This document shows positions 1-12,599 of a stretch of DNA of 64,000 nt, piece after piece (position 1 is the first letter of the stretch; every line of letters begins with the position of its first letter). Below the pieces are notes generated by a model that saw only the letters and a program-made list of their open reading frames with translations, searched no databases and was not told the DNA's origin. The position numbers and the translations under genes are program-made. Source of the DNA: Lama guanicoe (taxonomy: Eukaryota); the NCBI GenBank assembly GCA_013239625.1, contig MU054117.1:250001-314000 (forward strand), written 5' to 3'.

Positions 1-1895
1 TTTTAGTTCACAACACTGGAAAATAATGCCTTTGGGGGCGAGACGGCCCTGAGTCCCCGGCCCTGCGGTCGGACAGGCTTGTCCTGGGCACCTCACTTTG
101 GGTGAAGGCTCTGCTCCTCCCTTCATTGTTCCTGTGTTTGCACCGAATGAAGCTGACAGCCTGGCGAGACGCACGGTAGCTTCATATCCTCTCTGTCAAT
201 TAACTTATTTTTTCAGTACTTGAAGCAACTTCATTTTTGTATCTTTACCAGAGACACTGGTGGCCTGGCACCTGGGGTGGTGGTACAGAGGTGTGTCCCC
301 ACCGACCGAGCTGGTCACTCTATTTATTCCCCTCCTCCGTAGTGTTGCTGCCCCGGAGGCCTCGGGTCAGCTGAGACCCCCATGTGGGTCCCGGCACCCG
401 CTGCCTGTCCTCCACCCGGCGCCTGACGTCTGCGTCTGCACCGCTTGCTCGTCAAGGACACATTTCAGCACCTTGGGAGCCAGGCCGCACAGCTCAGGTG
501 CCATTGGCCCTCCCTGTTGAAATCCTGGCTCTGCAAAACCCACTTTTTCTCCTCAGTTTTGGTGCCAAGGTTTCACCTCCCACAACTCTTACTAAAGGAA
601 GTTCTAGGCTGGCTGTACCAGCAGGTGTGGGACCCTGCTCGGACCCACCTAGTGGAGATGCGCTGTTGCGGCATGGGAAGGGCTCTGGCCTGAGCCCTGC
701 ACACACATCCTGGGGGCACCACGGAGCCGGCTTCTGCCGTGGGTCAGCCAGGGACCAGCTGTGTCCAGCTCACAGCCGCTGTCAGAATCCACGGGGCTGT
801 GCTTGCCGCAGAGCAGGAGCGCACGTCCAGCCAGGAGCGTTCCCATCAGTGCCAGGCCAGCGTGAGGCCCTCCAGCCAAGTCCTGGTGGGGAAGAGAGGC
901 TTCATGGCCGGACAGGTGGGGCATCCACAGGAACCACCGCGTGCCTCAGCTTAAAGTCATTCTCACCGCAGAGGAGCAGAAAGCTGTCTTCTTTGCTTCG
1001 TCCAAAGCCACCACGCTCTCCTGTGGAATCCAGGAGACGTGCTGCCCCAGCCACCACAGTGCTGACCTGGCCTCCTCACTGCCCACTCTCTGAGTGAGGG
1101 GATAGGTCTCCAGTTTCAGTCTCTGTTCTTAAAGGGGGACCGGAGGGTGGTCTAGATTCCATCTTTAAGCCCCGATTCATCGCCCGTGTGGCCTTTGCCT
1201 GACCTTCCGCCCACCTAGCAGGTGCTTCGTGCCTGCTGGGCCCGTCCCTCGCAGTCCCTGCCCACCCGGGATGAGGACGGGTTTACAGAGTGGCTGCAAG
1301 AGACGCTGGATCCAGCTGTGAGGCCTGATGCAGCAGGAGCACCAGGTGCTGGGCCCGCCCTTGCTGCCAGCCAGTGCCCTAGCCAGAGAAGCGTGTGGGG
1401 CCTGACGAGCTCAGCCAGCCCAGCCCCTGGCAGCGTGGCAACTGCAGGGTCTAGGAAGCACTTTTCCCAGTCTCCCATTTTGTAACCACTACTTGCAGGT
1501 CCTTTTCGTGCCCTGCTGACGTGCTGCATCAGTATGTCTGACTCTGGACATGCACGCAGCCCTTCCCAAGAGCCAGGTCCCCTTGAAGGCCGGGCGGCAG
1601 GCTCTCTGTGAAACGCCAGTGTGTGAGCCCAAGCCCCAGGCCAGGGCAGGGCCACCAGGTTCAGGTCCGGCTGAGGGGCAGCCCTGCTCAGATGGCGTCC
1701 TCTGGCCTCTGCCCCTAGAGCTGTCCTCCAGCTGTCCTTGACCAGCAACGAGACACTATCTTTTCAAAAGAGCAGGGATTTTTTTAGTGGGGCAGAACAT
1801 GGAGAGTTTAAAGAAAAAGATTAAAGGTGGTAACAACTAATCTACAAAGGGAAATGGGCCATTTTGTGCACAATAAAAGTTTTTGAAAGAAAGCG
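1..1895 (+). other. Probable distal 3'UTR and polyadenylation site of an upstream + strand gene (MICAL3 by synteny)
   Basis: AATAAA at 1872-1877 in an AT-rich patch followed by a T-rich tract; no credible coding exon. Gene identity is inferred only from the mammalian order MICAL3-BID-BCL2L13. Confidence 0.45.
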
Positions 1896-4529
1896 TAATT
1901 CTTAAGTCATTTTTCTGGACTTGGCAGTGAGCTCTCCGGTGGGAGGTGTCCCCACACAGTGGCACCTCAGCGCACGTTTGTGTGTATGATTTTTAGCCAC
2001 CTTTACCTTGTCCATGTTGTCCTGGCCTGGCCACCTGTGACCATCACCCGAGAGAGTGTCTGGAGCGACCCAGGTGGGCAGAGGCTGCTCTCCAAAGTGG
2101 CGCCAGGACCCTCTGGTCTTTGACGTGGCTCCTCCTCGCTGGGGGTCCAGCAGCCCTGGCAGCCTTCCCTGCCAGCGCTGCTCTGTCCTCAGGCCCACCA
2201 ACCTGGGAGTACAGTGCCGTGGTTGAGATGTGTCCGCCTCTCCTAGTACGTTCAGAGCACAGGGTCTTGGAGAGAGTGGAATTGTCCCTGAGAGGCTGCG
2301 GGGACAGTCCTGGGCTACTGTTGTGGCTCCTCTGCCCTCCCCGCTGTGCTGACCGTTAGGAGTGTGGCTGACCTGGCTATCACCCACAGAGCTGGTCCCC
2401 TCTGGGGCAGCAGGAAGAGGTCGGACAGTGACAGGTGGGGGTGAGCTGGCATGGAAGCCGGTTCCTGGAGCTTCTGGTCCCAGTTCCTGACGGATGGTCA
2501 GGGCCATGCCTGTAGGCCACGCCTGTCAAGGGCTCCAAATCCCTCCGGAACCTGCCCTCAGGGTCCCGCCCAGAGCCAGAGTGGAAACTGGGAGGGACAG
2601 AGGCTGCCGTTTCATTTCACTTCACAGCTCAGGAGACCCTCCCTGGGTGATGCAGTGAGGAGGGAAGAGATGTCCTCCTAGGTGGGCTGCGTCCTGCACC
2701 GTCCCCTCCCTGAGGTGGTCCCGCAGCTGCGGCTTGAAGCGGAGCTGCTGTGGGCCTGAGAAGGCACCTGTTACCGGGACAGATGCGAGGGAGACGCCCT
2801 GGGGGGACAGGAGCTCGCTCGCTTCTCCGTGCCCAGCACGGCCTTTTGGAACAGGGCGCGCATCTCGCTCTGAAGTAGGTTGGGTTCCAGCCTTTGGATC
2901 TGCTGGGACAGCTGTGGTGGTGGCCGAGGCCCAGGGCCAGGCAGGATCCTAGCTGAGGATCTTCTCGCAACAGAGGACAGTTGGACCGAGCGGTCTCTGC
3001 ATCGGGCAGAGAGAGCACCCGCCAGGCCCGGGCCATGTCTGTGTCCACACAGGAGCCGCAGAGCTGGGGAGTGAGATGGCTCCTGACTCTCCCGAGAGGT
3101 CAGAAACCAGAGGATGGCGGGCTGGCTCCCTTGTGCCCAGGACAACTCGGGTGCGTCTGGTGAGCCCACAGAGCTGAACTTGTTTATACTCGTCTTAAAT
3201 ACTGAGCTGAATCCTCTGTTTCCTCCCAGGAACTTAATTTGCCGGGTACTGGCTGCTCTCCGCAGGCAGCGTTCCCGTGACTTTCAGATGGGCCTCCCTG
3301 AGGACAAAGGGCCCTCACCTGAGTGGACACCCGGAAGGCCGGGCCCCATTCCTGGAAGGTGTGGAGAGCAGCCTGGGCCCTGCCAGGTCCTCCATGGGGA
3401 GAAGTTCAGAGAAACCTTGGGAGAAGACAGTTCCTGACACTGCCTGGGGAGGGGGCCGGGCAGCAGCCCAGGAGTAGATGCAGGACATGACCGTTCTGAC
3501 TGTATTGCTACAGGTGGGAGCCAGGGAGGGAGGGAGGCAGAGAGGTGTCTCCTCACGTGGCCAAAGTCAAGTGAGGTGCTAGATTTTTCTTCTCTGTGGT
3601 GTGGAAGACGGTCATTTTCCCCTGAATATGCAAATTCACAGCCTCAAGGCAGGGACGTGCCTCCAGCCATTTGGTGTCCATCAGGGCAAGGCTGCCGCGT
3701 CTGCCCCTCCCACTGCCCCCTTGCTTTGGCGGGAAGAAGTCTCCAGCAAGAGCAGCTACATACGGAAAGGGACGGGCAGCAGAAACACTGTCTTGTGCCG
3801 TCAGCTCTGCCCAGGCTGAGGGCAGCCCCTCCGCCAGTGCCTCGTCTCAGGAGGTGGACGCTGGAAGGAGAGAGTGCCTCTGCCGTGGAGAGGCAGGTGG
3901 GAGAGTGTGAGGGGTGAAAAGATGTCTGGACTCAGAACCCAGCCACGTGAGCGGGGCGGCCAATTTCAAGGAGCAGGAGGAGGACATGGGGGTTGATCCG
4001 GGATGAGGTCTCCGCAAGTCCGCTAGCAGAGGCACCTGGTGGCACCGCGTGGGGTGCAGCCCCCAAGGCCACCTGGGAAGTGGGCCTTCTGCTCCCACCA
4101 GGTCCAGAGCTGGAGGAGGGTGATAAATTTGGTGATTTTCAAAGCAAGTTCCCCCAGGCCTCTCCACCCCAACCCCACACTCTTCTCCCTGGCCCCAGGA
4201 GAAGACTGAGAGGCACAGACAGCTGTGGAACAGGCTGGGACAAAGCGGGAGGACTGCCTGGAGGGGACTCAGCCTTGGACCCTGGGCCTGGGTCTTCAGG
4301 TGGCTAATTGCTGAGCGTGATTTCAGCCAGCAGGAACGGTGGGGTGTGTGTGACCCCCCCCCCAGGGTGTGGGTAGGGCCACAGCCTAAAACACTTCCCA
4401 TCTCCCCCCCCCCAGCCACTAGAGTGATCTCTCCACCCCTCCCTTTCCCCTAAGGCTCCCTGAAAGATGATCCCATGGGTCCTGTCCCCTCCCCAACCCT
4501 AACCCTAGGAGAAGCCACTTGAGCATGCA

Positions 4530-4695
4530 GTGAGTGCTGGACCAGGAATCTGATCTGGCTTCTGGCCCCAGCTTGGCTACTGCCTGTCTGGCCTATCTTG
4601 GACATGGCTTTCCACACCTGTTTCTACCCTTGCAATGGAAAATAACTCACTCTCTGCCCCATGAAGGGGTTGTAGGGCTGAAAATCGTTCACAGA
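4530..4695. mobile_element. MIR-like SINE remnant
   Basis: Degenerate MIR core-like text (tctggccccagcttggctact...ttgcaatggaaaataac...gttgtagggctgaaa); approximate bounds. Confidence 0.4.
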
Positions 4696-5699
4696 TTGTG
4701 TGCCTGTCCCTCTGTGGCCACTGGAGCCAAAAATGGGCTCCCCCTGAGGGTGACTCTGGGCCCTGCCCACAGCTGCGGTGCCAGGAAGTACACAGTTTTT
4801 GTGGGAGAGGGAGGGCGCCACAGACGGGACTGGATGTGGGGAAATGGGCCTGGGGCCATGGGCAAAGCCTTCAGGATTCAAACTCAGACATTAGTTCTTC
4901 CTTCCCTGCCAGTGTCCTACATGAGAGTCCCGCCCCTGCAGGCTCATAGTCGACCTGTGTGTCTCTGCAGAATTCTGGATACTGATTTATATGTGAAAGC
5001 CGCCCCCACTGCCGCACCATCCGGAGTCCCTCTGCTCTTCCCCCAGAGCCCATGCTGACTAGAGCCAGTTTTCTCAGGAGCCGGTCAGCCTTGTCCAAGT
5101 CACTGCTCTGGTTTTCTGGGTGGGGGCTTTCCTGCCTAATGTTGGCTCTTGGCCAGAGAAAAGTCCAGGGGAAAAGCTGAGGGGAACATGGGAAATCCCA
5201 GCCTCTCACCTGCTCTGAGCTCACCTAGGAAGGGCATAAGCTTTGCCCCTGGTCCCGGGTCCAGCCCTCTTTCTCTGCTTCTCCCTCAGGACTTGTTCTT
5301 TCTTCCTGTCTAGATTCTCCCTCCTGTCCTTCAAGGCCCAGAGCCCCGACTGTGTCTTGGTGGGAAAGCACCTTGGAGGGGCAAGCTGGTCCACCCTGCC
5401 AGGTGGATCCTTTCATTCTGGCAGAAACGTCTCCAGGGCTGGGATCGCCCCTCCACGTCAGCCCTCCTTGGCTTCCCAGGCAGGCCCCTCTGACCGCAGC
5501 ACCTCAACCCCATTGAATTCCCAAGGAGGCACCTACTAGGGGTGGGGGGGATTGGAGGGTCCTGAGGTGTTGGAAATAAGCTCTCCTGGCCTCTGTTGGT
5601 CTGACTGTTGGTCTAGAGTCGTGGGAGGGGGGCATGTCCCTGCTGCATGCATGGGGCTCTGCTGGACCTGCCCTCCGCCGGGCCTTCAGCAGGAACCGG

Positions 5700-5850
5700 T
5701 CCTGCTCTTTACATATTTTGGGTGTTAATCCCTTGTCAGGTATGTGATTTGCAAATATGTTCTCCCCTTCCATAGGTGGCCTTTTTATTCTGTTGATGAT
5801 TTCATTTGCTTTGTAGAAGCTTTTTAGTTTGACATAGTTCCATTTGTTGG
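5700..5850 (-). mobile_element. LINE-1 ORF2 3'-region fragment
   Basis: Minus-strand translation NKWNYVKLKSFYKANEIINRIKRPPMEGENIFANHIPDKGLTPKICKE matches the L1 ORF2 C-terminal motif KWDxIKLKSF...WEKIFANxxSDKGL. Confidence 0.85.
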
Positions 5851-6974
5851 CAATGTTCCTAGCATCACTACTGTGATACGTGGGGCTGCATGGATTGGTG
5901 GGCAGACGTGCACTGTGGAGCAGGGAATGTGCTAGTGCTGCCGTAGACACAGCAGCCCTTCACAATCCAGGAGGCCTCTGGGCATGGAAAGTGAAATTAT
6001 GGTCAGAGTCCTGTGCAAGAAGGCAGAGAAGCGTGTCATCTGTCGTCCAAATTTTAGCAATCAGGAGTGGTGAGAGTGAGAGGAAAGCTGGGTGGTACTG
6101 AGGTTGGAAGGATTACTGGTTATTTATATGCATTGGTTGGAAGTTAAGCTCCTCCTGACAAGACTGCAGTGAGAGCCTGGGAGCAGCTTTTTGGGGAGCA
6201 TGGTTTGGCCTGGCTGGTCCATATACGGCACTAGCAATGCATTTGTGGTTCCAGAAATGAACTTACTGCTCTAGAGTGTGGTTGCCTTAGTGGGGTTGGT
6301 GGCTTTGCGGACGGCCTCAGCTGCCAAGTGAGGAGGTCTCTACCTCAGTGCTGGCCTGGCCTGCGTCTTCCTTTGCGGGGATAGAGTGCTGAGCTCCCCC
6401 GATGGGTGGTTTGTTTTGTGATCTCAGACATCGTAAGAGTGTTGCCCTTTCACCAGTCACGCATTTATTGGAATGAACCTGATCTTGTTTGGAATATCTA
6501 GATTGTCCCTTTTGACACTTCCTTCAGAGCCAATTTAAGCTGCACATAAAACCCAGATATTTCATTTAAAGTTAGGTGTGAGATAAGGTTGGACTCCTCG
6601 AAGTGGAAATTGGCAAGTTCCGTCCTTTCTTTGCAGAGTGGTGAAATCAGTCACTCCCTCTTTCTCTTTTATTTTGGCTGCCAGGAACCCTATTTAAAAG
6701 TATTTCTCGCTGTTTAATCACTTGGATATGCAGCTCTGATAAGAAATCAAGTTGGAGCATAGATAACACTGCCTAGATTTAAAAACTTCCATTATGTGAT
6801 CTTTATTGCAATAGTTTTAGTCATCGTAAAATTGGTGCCATAGTCATTTAAGAAAAATTGGAAAGTACAAAATGGAAAATCCCTGTGATTTTATTATTTT
6901 ACAGTAAACAGGCGATAGTTTCTGGTTATATTTCCTCCTGGTCTTTTTCTTCTTTTTAAAATTCAGTTTCTATT

Positions 6975-8080
6975 TTCGAGTTCGAGTTCGCGTGCAACCT
7001 CCGCCCTGGTCCCCGGGTGTCCTCTCCCAGCGCCTCTGCCTCCGGGCACCTGCTAGGGGGCGTGGCCCGATCGGGAGTGGGCGTGGCAGGGCCCGGGGGG
7101 GGGGGCTGTGACCGGAAGGGGCGGGCCCAGGACGGGGCGGAACTGGAGGAAGTAGGCGCGCGGCGGCTGCGCGCTTGACGCCTTGGAGACGCCGGCTTTT
7201 CCCGCCCGCGCCCGGCGCTGCGCGCGCCTCAGTCCCGCTGCCTCGCGTGTGAGTTCGGAGGTGAGTGCAGCCCCGCGCCCAGCGCCCCGGGTCCCCGCGC
7301 GTGCTCCTTCCCGCCGCCCCGTCCGCGTGAGGCGGCCGCGGTCCCGGGCCCAGGCACCCCCCCGGCTCTCACGGCCCTGAATACGCTGCCGGAGGCGGAA
7401 GTGGGTTGTTGAATGACTTAGTGGCCAGGGACCCTGGGAGGCCGGAGACCCTCGGCCACCAGGCCGCGTGCGGGGCTCGGTTCTTTGATCCAACGAACCA
7501 GTCGTGCGGCGCTGCCCGGGTCGCGGCGGTGGCGGCGAGGGGTGGGGCTGGGGGCCGGATGGCCCTCCCTGGGTCCTCACCGGGGGCCAGATGGCCCTCA
7601 CCCGGGCGGTGGTCTTCACTGGGGAGTCCTCACTCGGGGGGGTGGTCCTCACCCCTGAGCCCCTTTCAGGCGACTCCCCCCGGGCCCTGCCCTTCCAGCG
7701 GGCCTCCCTCGGCGGCCTCTGTGCCGGGGCATGTGGTTTCCACTCCGCCGCCACCCTCGGGGGCGCAGACACGCTGGCGTGGGGGCCTCTCCTGGGCCTG
7801 GATCCCTGCCTTCTCGGGGCAGACCCTGAGCCAGGGCCCCCGAATCCTGGGACGGGTCTGTACTCGAGCTGGGCGGAGGGTGGGGGGGGTCCTTTGGCTT
7901 TAAAAGCTGAGGTGGCTCCAGGAAGGCGTTGCTGGGAAGAGGAGGAAGCGCCGGGGCTGGGGCTGCGCTCCTGCCGGAGGGAGGAGCGGCGGGGAGAGGG
8001 GCAGCATTTCGGCAGGGGTTCAAGGGCCAGCTTCCCTGCGCTCGGTGCCGGGCTGCCCGGGCCGGGTAGGGGGCTCTGAG
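6975..8080 (+). promoter_or_regulatory. BID: CpG island / BID promoter
   Basis: Very GC- and CpG-dense stretch; GC boxes (GGGGCGG near 7118 and 7134), ETS-type CGGAAG motifs (~7113, ~7396), no TATA box; spans a strong splice donor at 7261. Confidence 0.85.
7150..7260 (+). other. BID: BID non-coding exon 1 (5' end approximate)
   Basis: Consensus donor GAG|GTGAGT at 7260/7261 inside the CpG island; BID has a non-coding first exon upstream of the ATG exon. Confidence 0.65.
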
Positions 8081-8804
8081 GGACCGGGTGCTGTGTGGCA
8101 GGAATGGCAACTGTGATACACTGGGGTACAGGCTTTGGAGCGAAGAGCTGCGGGAACATGCTCTGGTTCGTGTGCGCTGTCTGGGGTGGACTCTGAAAGA
8201 TGAATAGGAGCTTGCCAGCAGTGCAGGGCCCTCTGGGGGAGGTGCCCTGCTCCCTGGTCTTGCAGGGGGAAGCTCACAGCCTTAGCTGCCCTGGCGAGAC
8301 TAATTGGAGGAACCGAAGTCCACGCATTTGCTGGTGAAAATGGCCTGTCCCAGCCCTGAGAAGGAAGGGTGAGGGCACGGGGTGATGGGGCCTCCCAGGG
8401 CAGCAGTCCTGACCAGGTAGAGGGCAGTGAGTGGTACTCTAGCTGTTCTGTTTCTGTCTTGTGCAAGGGGAGAGACGGGTTTGTGTCCTGATGGTGGACT
8501 GTGTGCATCTTGCTGGGGGTATCCAGGGACTCTGCCTCTTGCCGTGGCCACTGTAAGTGCTTCTGTGGCAGCACTTCTGGTGACCATTTGTCAGGCTGGA
8601 GATGTGGCAGCCTGGCGTGCCCCCCAGGCAAGCCCCCCACCCAAGTGGGCCTCCCTTTCATCTTGGCTGCCACCCTTGGCTGGCTCCCCAGAGACCACTG
8701 GCGGATCTGCAAAAGACAGCTAATTGAGGATGGTGACACAGCTCACTGCGTGGGGCACACGGGCAGAGCACTTTGTGTTTGGACAGAAGGTAATCAGTTA
8801 TCGT

Positions 8805-8885
8805 CCGTCCCTACTTTTCGGATGGGGAAACTGAGGCTCGGGGTGGGGGGAGAGTAAGTAACTTGCCCAGGTTCACAGCGGAGGG
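8805..8885. mobile_element. MIR SINE core fragment
   Basis: gatggggaaactgaggctc...aagtaacttgcccaggttcacagc is the classic MIR core. Confidence 0.75.
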
Positions 8886-9774
8886 AGACTAGCTGGCCGC
8901 CGGCACTGCCTGGGTTTCCCAGCCTCTACCCCATCTCCCCCGTCCGCAACTGTTACACATGGGGCGAGGGGCAGAGGAGGACGCGGTCTTTCTGCAGGCC
9001 ACCTCCATTGCAGGTCGCCGGGCCGTGGACCCTCGGACCCTCAGTGGGGCTTTTCCCCAAGACCCCTCCCAGGCAGGCTCCCAGCCCCTTTCGCCACTCC
9101 TCTCCTCCCCTTCCTGCCTCTTTGGTCAAAATGAGGAAGTTTCTGATGAAAGGATGAAAGACAGACAAGCATCTGGATGAACCGCTGAGCTGCCGTTTCT
9201 GGAGGTTCTGCTGCAAACTGAGTTCTAGGTTGGCTGTTGGGTTCTTGTATGCAGCCAGGGTCCTAGAAGCCATCAGCTCAGAAAACGAGGAAGTGGTTTG
9301 TTGTAAATTACCCCCTGCCCTCAGTAATCCTGTCAGCTTGGTGGTGGGGGAGGTGGAAGCCGAGGTAGTTTGAAAGGGAAACAATAGAGTAGGTGTAAGA
9401 GGAACTGGTGCATGGACCTTCTGCTCTGGTGGCAGGACATGTGGCCGGGGGTGCGGCTGCCAGCACTTGAGGAGAGGCCTCTTTGGGGTCTGGGGCTCAG
9501 CGTCACCAGAGGGTCTTGGAGACACCTCTCTCCTTCTCTGTGACTCTAAGGGCAGGGTGGTGGTGGAGTGTTGAGACCAAGGCCAACCTAGACGCCCTGC
9601 AGTAGCCCCTGGGACACGCGGCCCCTGCTTAGGTCTCAGAAGCCCAGGGCTTGGGCAGGTGGGAGCAGCAAGAGACTAGGTCGCTGAGGCTTTTGGCACC
9701 AGGAGGTGCACTTCCGAGGTTGGGGTGTAGCCCTAGGCCTGTGAGGGGCTCCCCCCTCTTGATTCCAGCTGTCT

Positions 9775-11400
9775 TTTTTTTTAAACCACTTTATTGAGAT
9801 GTCCCACATGCCATAAAATTTGCCCATTTAAAGTGGTTTTTAGTATATTCACAGCGTTGTGCGACCATCACCACAATCTTATTTCAAAGCTTCTGAGCAC
9901 TCCCAGAGGAAACTCCAAACACACCATTCTCCCGTCCTTCTCCCCCAGCCCTAGACCCGGCTCATCTACTTTTTTCTCTGGATTTGCCTCGCCTGGGAAG
10001 TTTGTGTAAATGGAATCATACAACATGTGGCCTTTTGTGTCTGGCTCCTTGCACTCAGCATGATGTTTCAGAGTGCATCCATGCCGTAGCATGTATCAGA
10101 ACTTCATTCCTTTTATGGCTAAATAATACTCCATTTTATGGATAAACTGCATTTTCTTTATCTATTCAACGGTTGATAGACATTCCGCTTTGGCTGTTTT
10201 GAATAATGTTGCTGTGAACATTCACATACAAGCTTCTGGGTGGACGTGTTTTCATCTCTCTCATATGTATACATACATAGGAGTGGAATTGCTGGGTCAT
10301 ATGAAAACTGTTAAACGTTTCGAGGAACTGCAAAACTTTCAAAGTGGCCACACTATTTTACATTCCCACCAGCACGGTGTGGGGTTCCGGCTTCTCCACA
10401 TTTTACCAGTCCTGGTTATCGTTTGTCTTTCTGATTCTAGCCATCCTGGTGGGTGTGAAGTGGTGTCTCATTGTGATTTTGATTAGCATTTCCATGATTA
10501 ATTATGTTGAGTGTCTTTTTGTGTGCTTATTGACCATTTGTATATCTTTGGAGAAATATCTATTAAAATTATCAAGTTCTAAGGGTTCTTTATACATTCT
10601 GGATACAGGTCCCTTGTCTGAAGAATGATTTGCAAATATTTTTTCTGATTCTGTGGGTTGTCTTTTCACTGATCCTGTCCTTTGAGGCACAAAAGTTTTA
10701 ATTTTCAAGAAGTCCAGTTTATCTGTTTCTCTTATATTGCTTGTTCTTTTGGTGTCATATCTAAGAAATCACTGCCCATCCTAAGGCCATAAAGTTTCAT
10801 TCCTTTGTTCTCTTACAAGAGTGTTATAGTTTTAGCCCTTATATTTAGGTGTGGCATCTATTTTGACTTAATTTTTGTGTATGATACAAGGTCGGGGCCC
10901 AAATGCATACTTCTGTTCCCTGTGATCCAGTAGTCCCAGCACATTTGCTAGAGAGCCTGTTCTGTACCCAGGTCCTGGCCCCGCTGTCAGAGATGAGTTA
11001 ACCATGAATATGAAGGTGCATTTGTGGGCCATCATTTCTGATCTGTTGGTGTGTGTGTTTATCCTTTGCCAGGACTGCGATTACTGCAGCTCGTTGACAA
11101 GTTGGGAAGTGTTGAGTCCACCACGTCTGATCTATCCTGTGCCCTTGCATTTCTTTATGCAAGGGAACCTTTTGTCACTTCCCCCCCAGAAAAGCCAGCT
11201 GGGAGTCTGCGAAGACCGGTGTTGAGTCTGTGGATCAGTCTGGGGAGTGTCACCATCAGAACAAAATACGTCTTCCGGTTAGAACGGGAACGATCTCATT
11301 TATTTAGACCTTCACTTTCCTTCAGTGACGTTCATAGTTTCCAGTGTACAAGCCTTACACCTCTTTCATTAAGTGTATTCCCAAGTGCTTTATCTTTTTT
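9775..11400 (-). mobile_element. Old LINE-1 (L1M-type) fragment, 3'UTR plus ORF2 end
   Basis: Poly-T start (L1 tail on -), typical L1M 3'UTR text, minus-strand peptide VKRQPTESEKIFANHSSDKGPVSRMYKE. Confidence 0.85.
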
Positions 11401-11565
11401 TTTACTTTTTTAATTGAAGTATAGCCAGTTTACAATGTTGTGTCAATTTCTAGTGTACAGCATGGTGCTTCAGTCGTACATGAACATACATATATTCGTT
11501 TTCATATTCTTTTTCACCGTGAGCTACCACAAGGTGTAACATACAGTTCCCTGTGCTGTCGAGCG
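11395..11565 (-). mobile_element. Younger L1 3'-end fragment (camelid/cetartiodactyl type)
   Basis: tttttaattgaagtatagccagtttacaatgttgtgtcaatttctagtgtacagc...; same family as the copies at 37663 and 61585. Confidence 0.7.
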
Positions 11566-12599
11566 TACCACTTCCTCAGTGCTGCTCTGTTTCTCGGTCT
11601 CACTTGCGGGCTGTTCGTTGCGGACATGTGGAAGGACGGCGGGTCTTGCGGAGACTGTCCTGCAGCCTTGGTGAACTCGTTTATTACCTCCAGGGCTGTC
11701 AAGTCAGTATATTTTAAAGCGTCTCAGTTGGTTCCAGTGTGTGCAGCCAGGGCTGAAAACCTGTGGGCTGGATCAGTGGTCCCCGAGCCCTTGGGATGGG
11801 AGGGGAAGGAGTTTCCCCAGTGTCTGTGGAGAAGGGTGAGAGGCGGGAAGCTGGGTTCCAAGGAGGCCGAGGGACCAGTGTCCCAAACTCCAGTGTCCTT
11901 CTGTCCGGATGAACCCGGGTGGACCGAGTGGGTGGAAGGGAGGTCACAGTGTGTCCGGGGGACATGTAGAAGGAGCCCACATGTAAATCAGGCAGTTTCC
12001 CTGAGCTCTGCCTTGATCCTGAACACCGCTGAAAGGGAAGGACTGCCTTCTTACAGCTCTAACAGTGATACCACTAGAGCTGGCAGCCACCTTAGAAATC
12101 TGGTTCCCTCCTCCCAGTAGAACCTCAGGCATATCATTTTGTGTTTGTATAGAAGTCGTGGTTTCACCTTTTTTCTTTAATTGGTATATTTGGAGTCACC
12201 CCTGAAAGCAAGGCTGGTGGGTCCGTGCGTCTCCTCTCAGCTCCTGGGGTGACTTCTTGGGGCGGGTGGAACCTCTCTCTATCCTGACTGGGGTCGTTTG
12301 GTTTCTGGTTTGTGCATGTGGACCAATTACCCCGTTTGTGGTCTCGCTGACTGAGGGTGTGGGCCTGTGGTCCTTGTGGGCAGAAGACAGGGGTCTGTTC
12401 TCTGCTGGGCAAGACTGGACAGAGAGTCGGACGGTTGGGACGTGTCTGTGTGTCCGTGATCTGTCTTGAGCTCAGTTCAGGATTTTGTGCCCACCAGGAA
12501 GAACAGGCCCATGTTTCTGTGTTTTCTCTGGACCTGGGGCTGACATCCTAGGACGGATGCTGTGTGCCTCCTGTGCTCCGTAATTCACAGAGGCCTCTC

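Noticed and set aside
260..5540. Many overlapping 60-240 aa ORFs
   Set aside because: No recognisable protein, open on both strands in GC-rich UTR or intergenic DNA, no coherent exon chain
7053..8159. 368-aa minus-strand ORF and overlapping + strand ORFs
   Set aside because: They lie in the CpG island, are Pro/Gly/Arg low-complexity with no recognisable domain, and stop codons are scarce because of GC content
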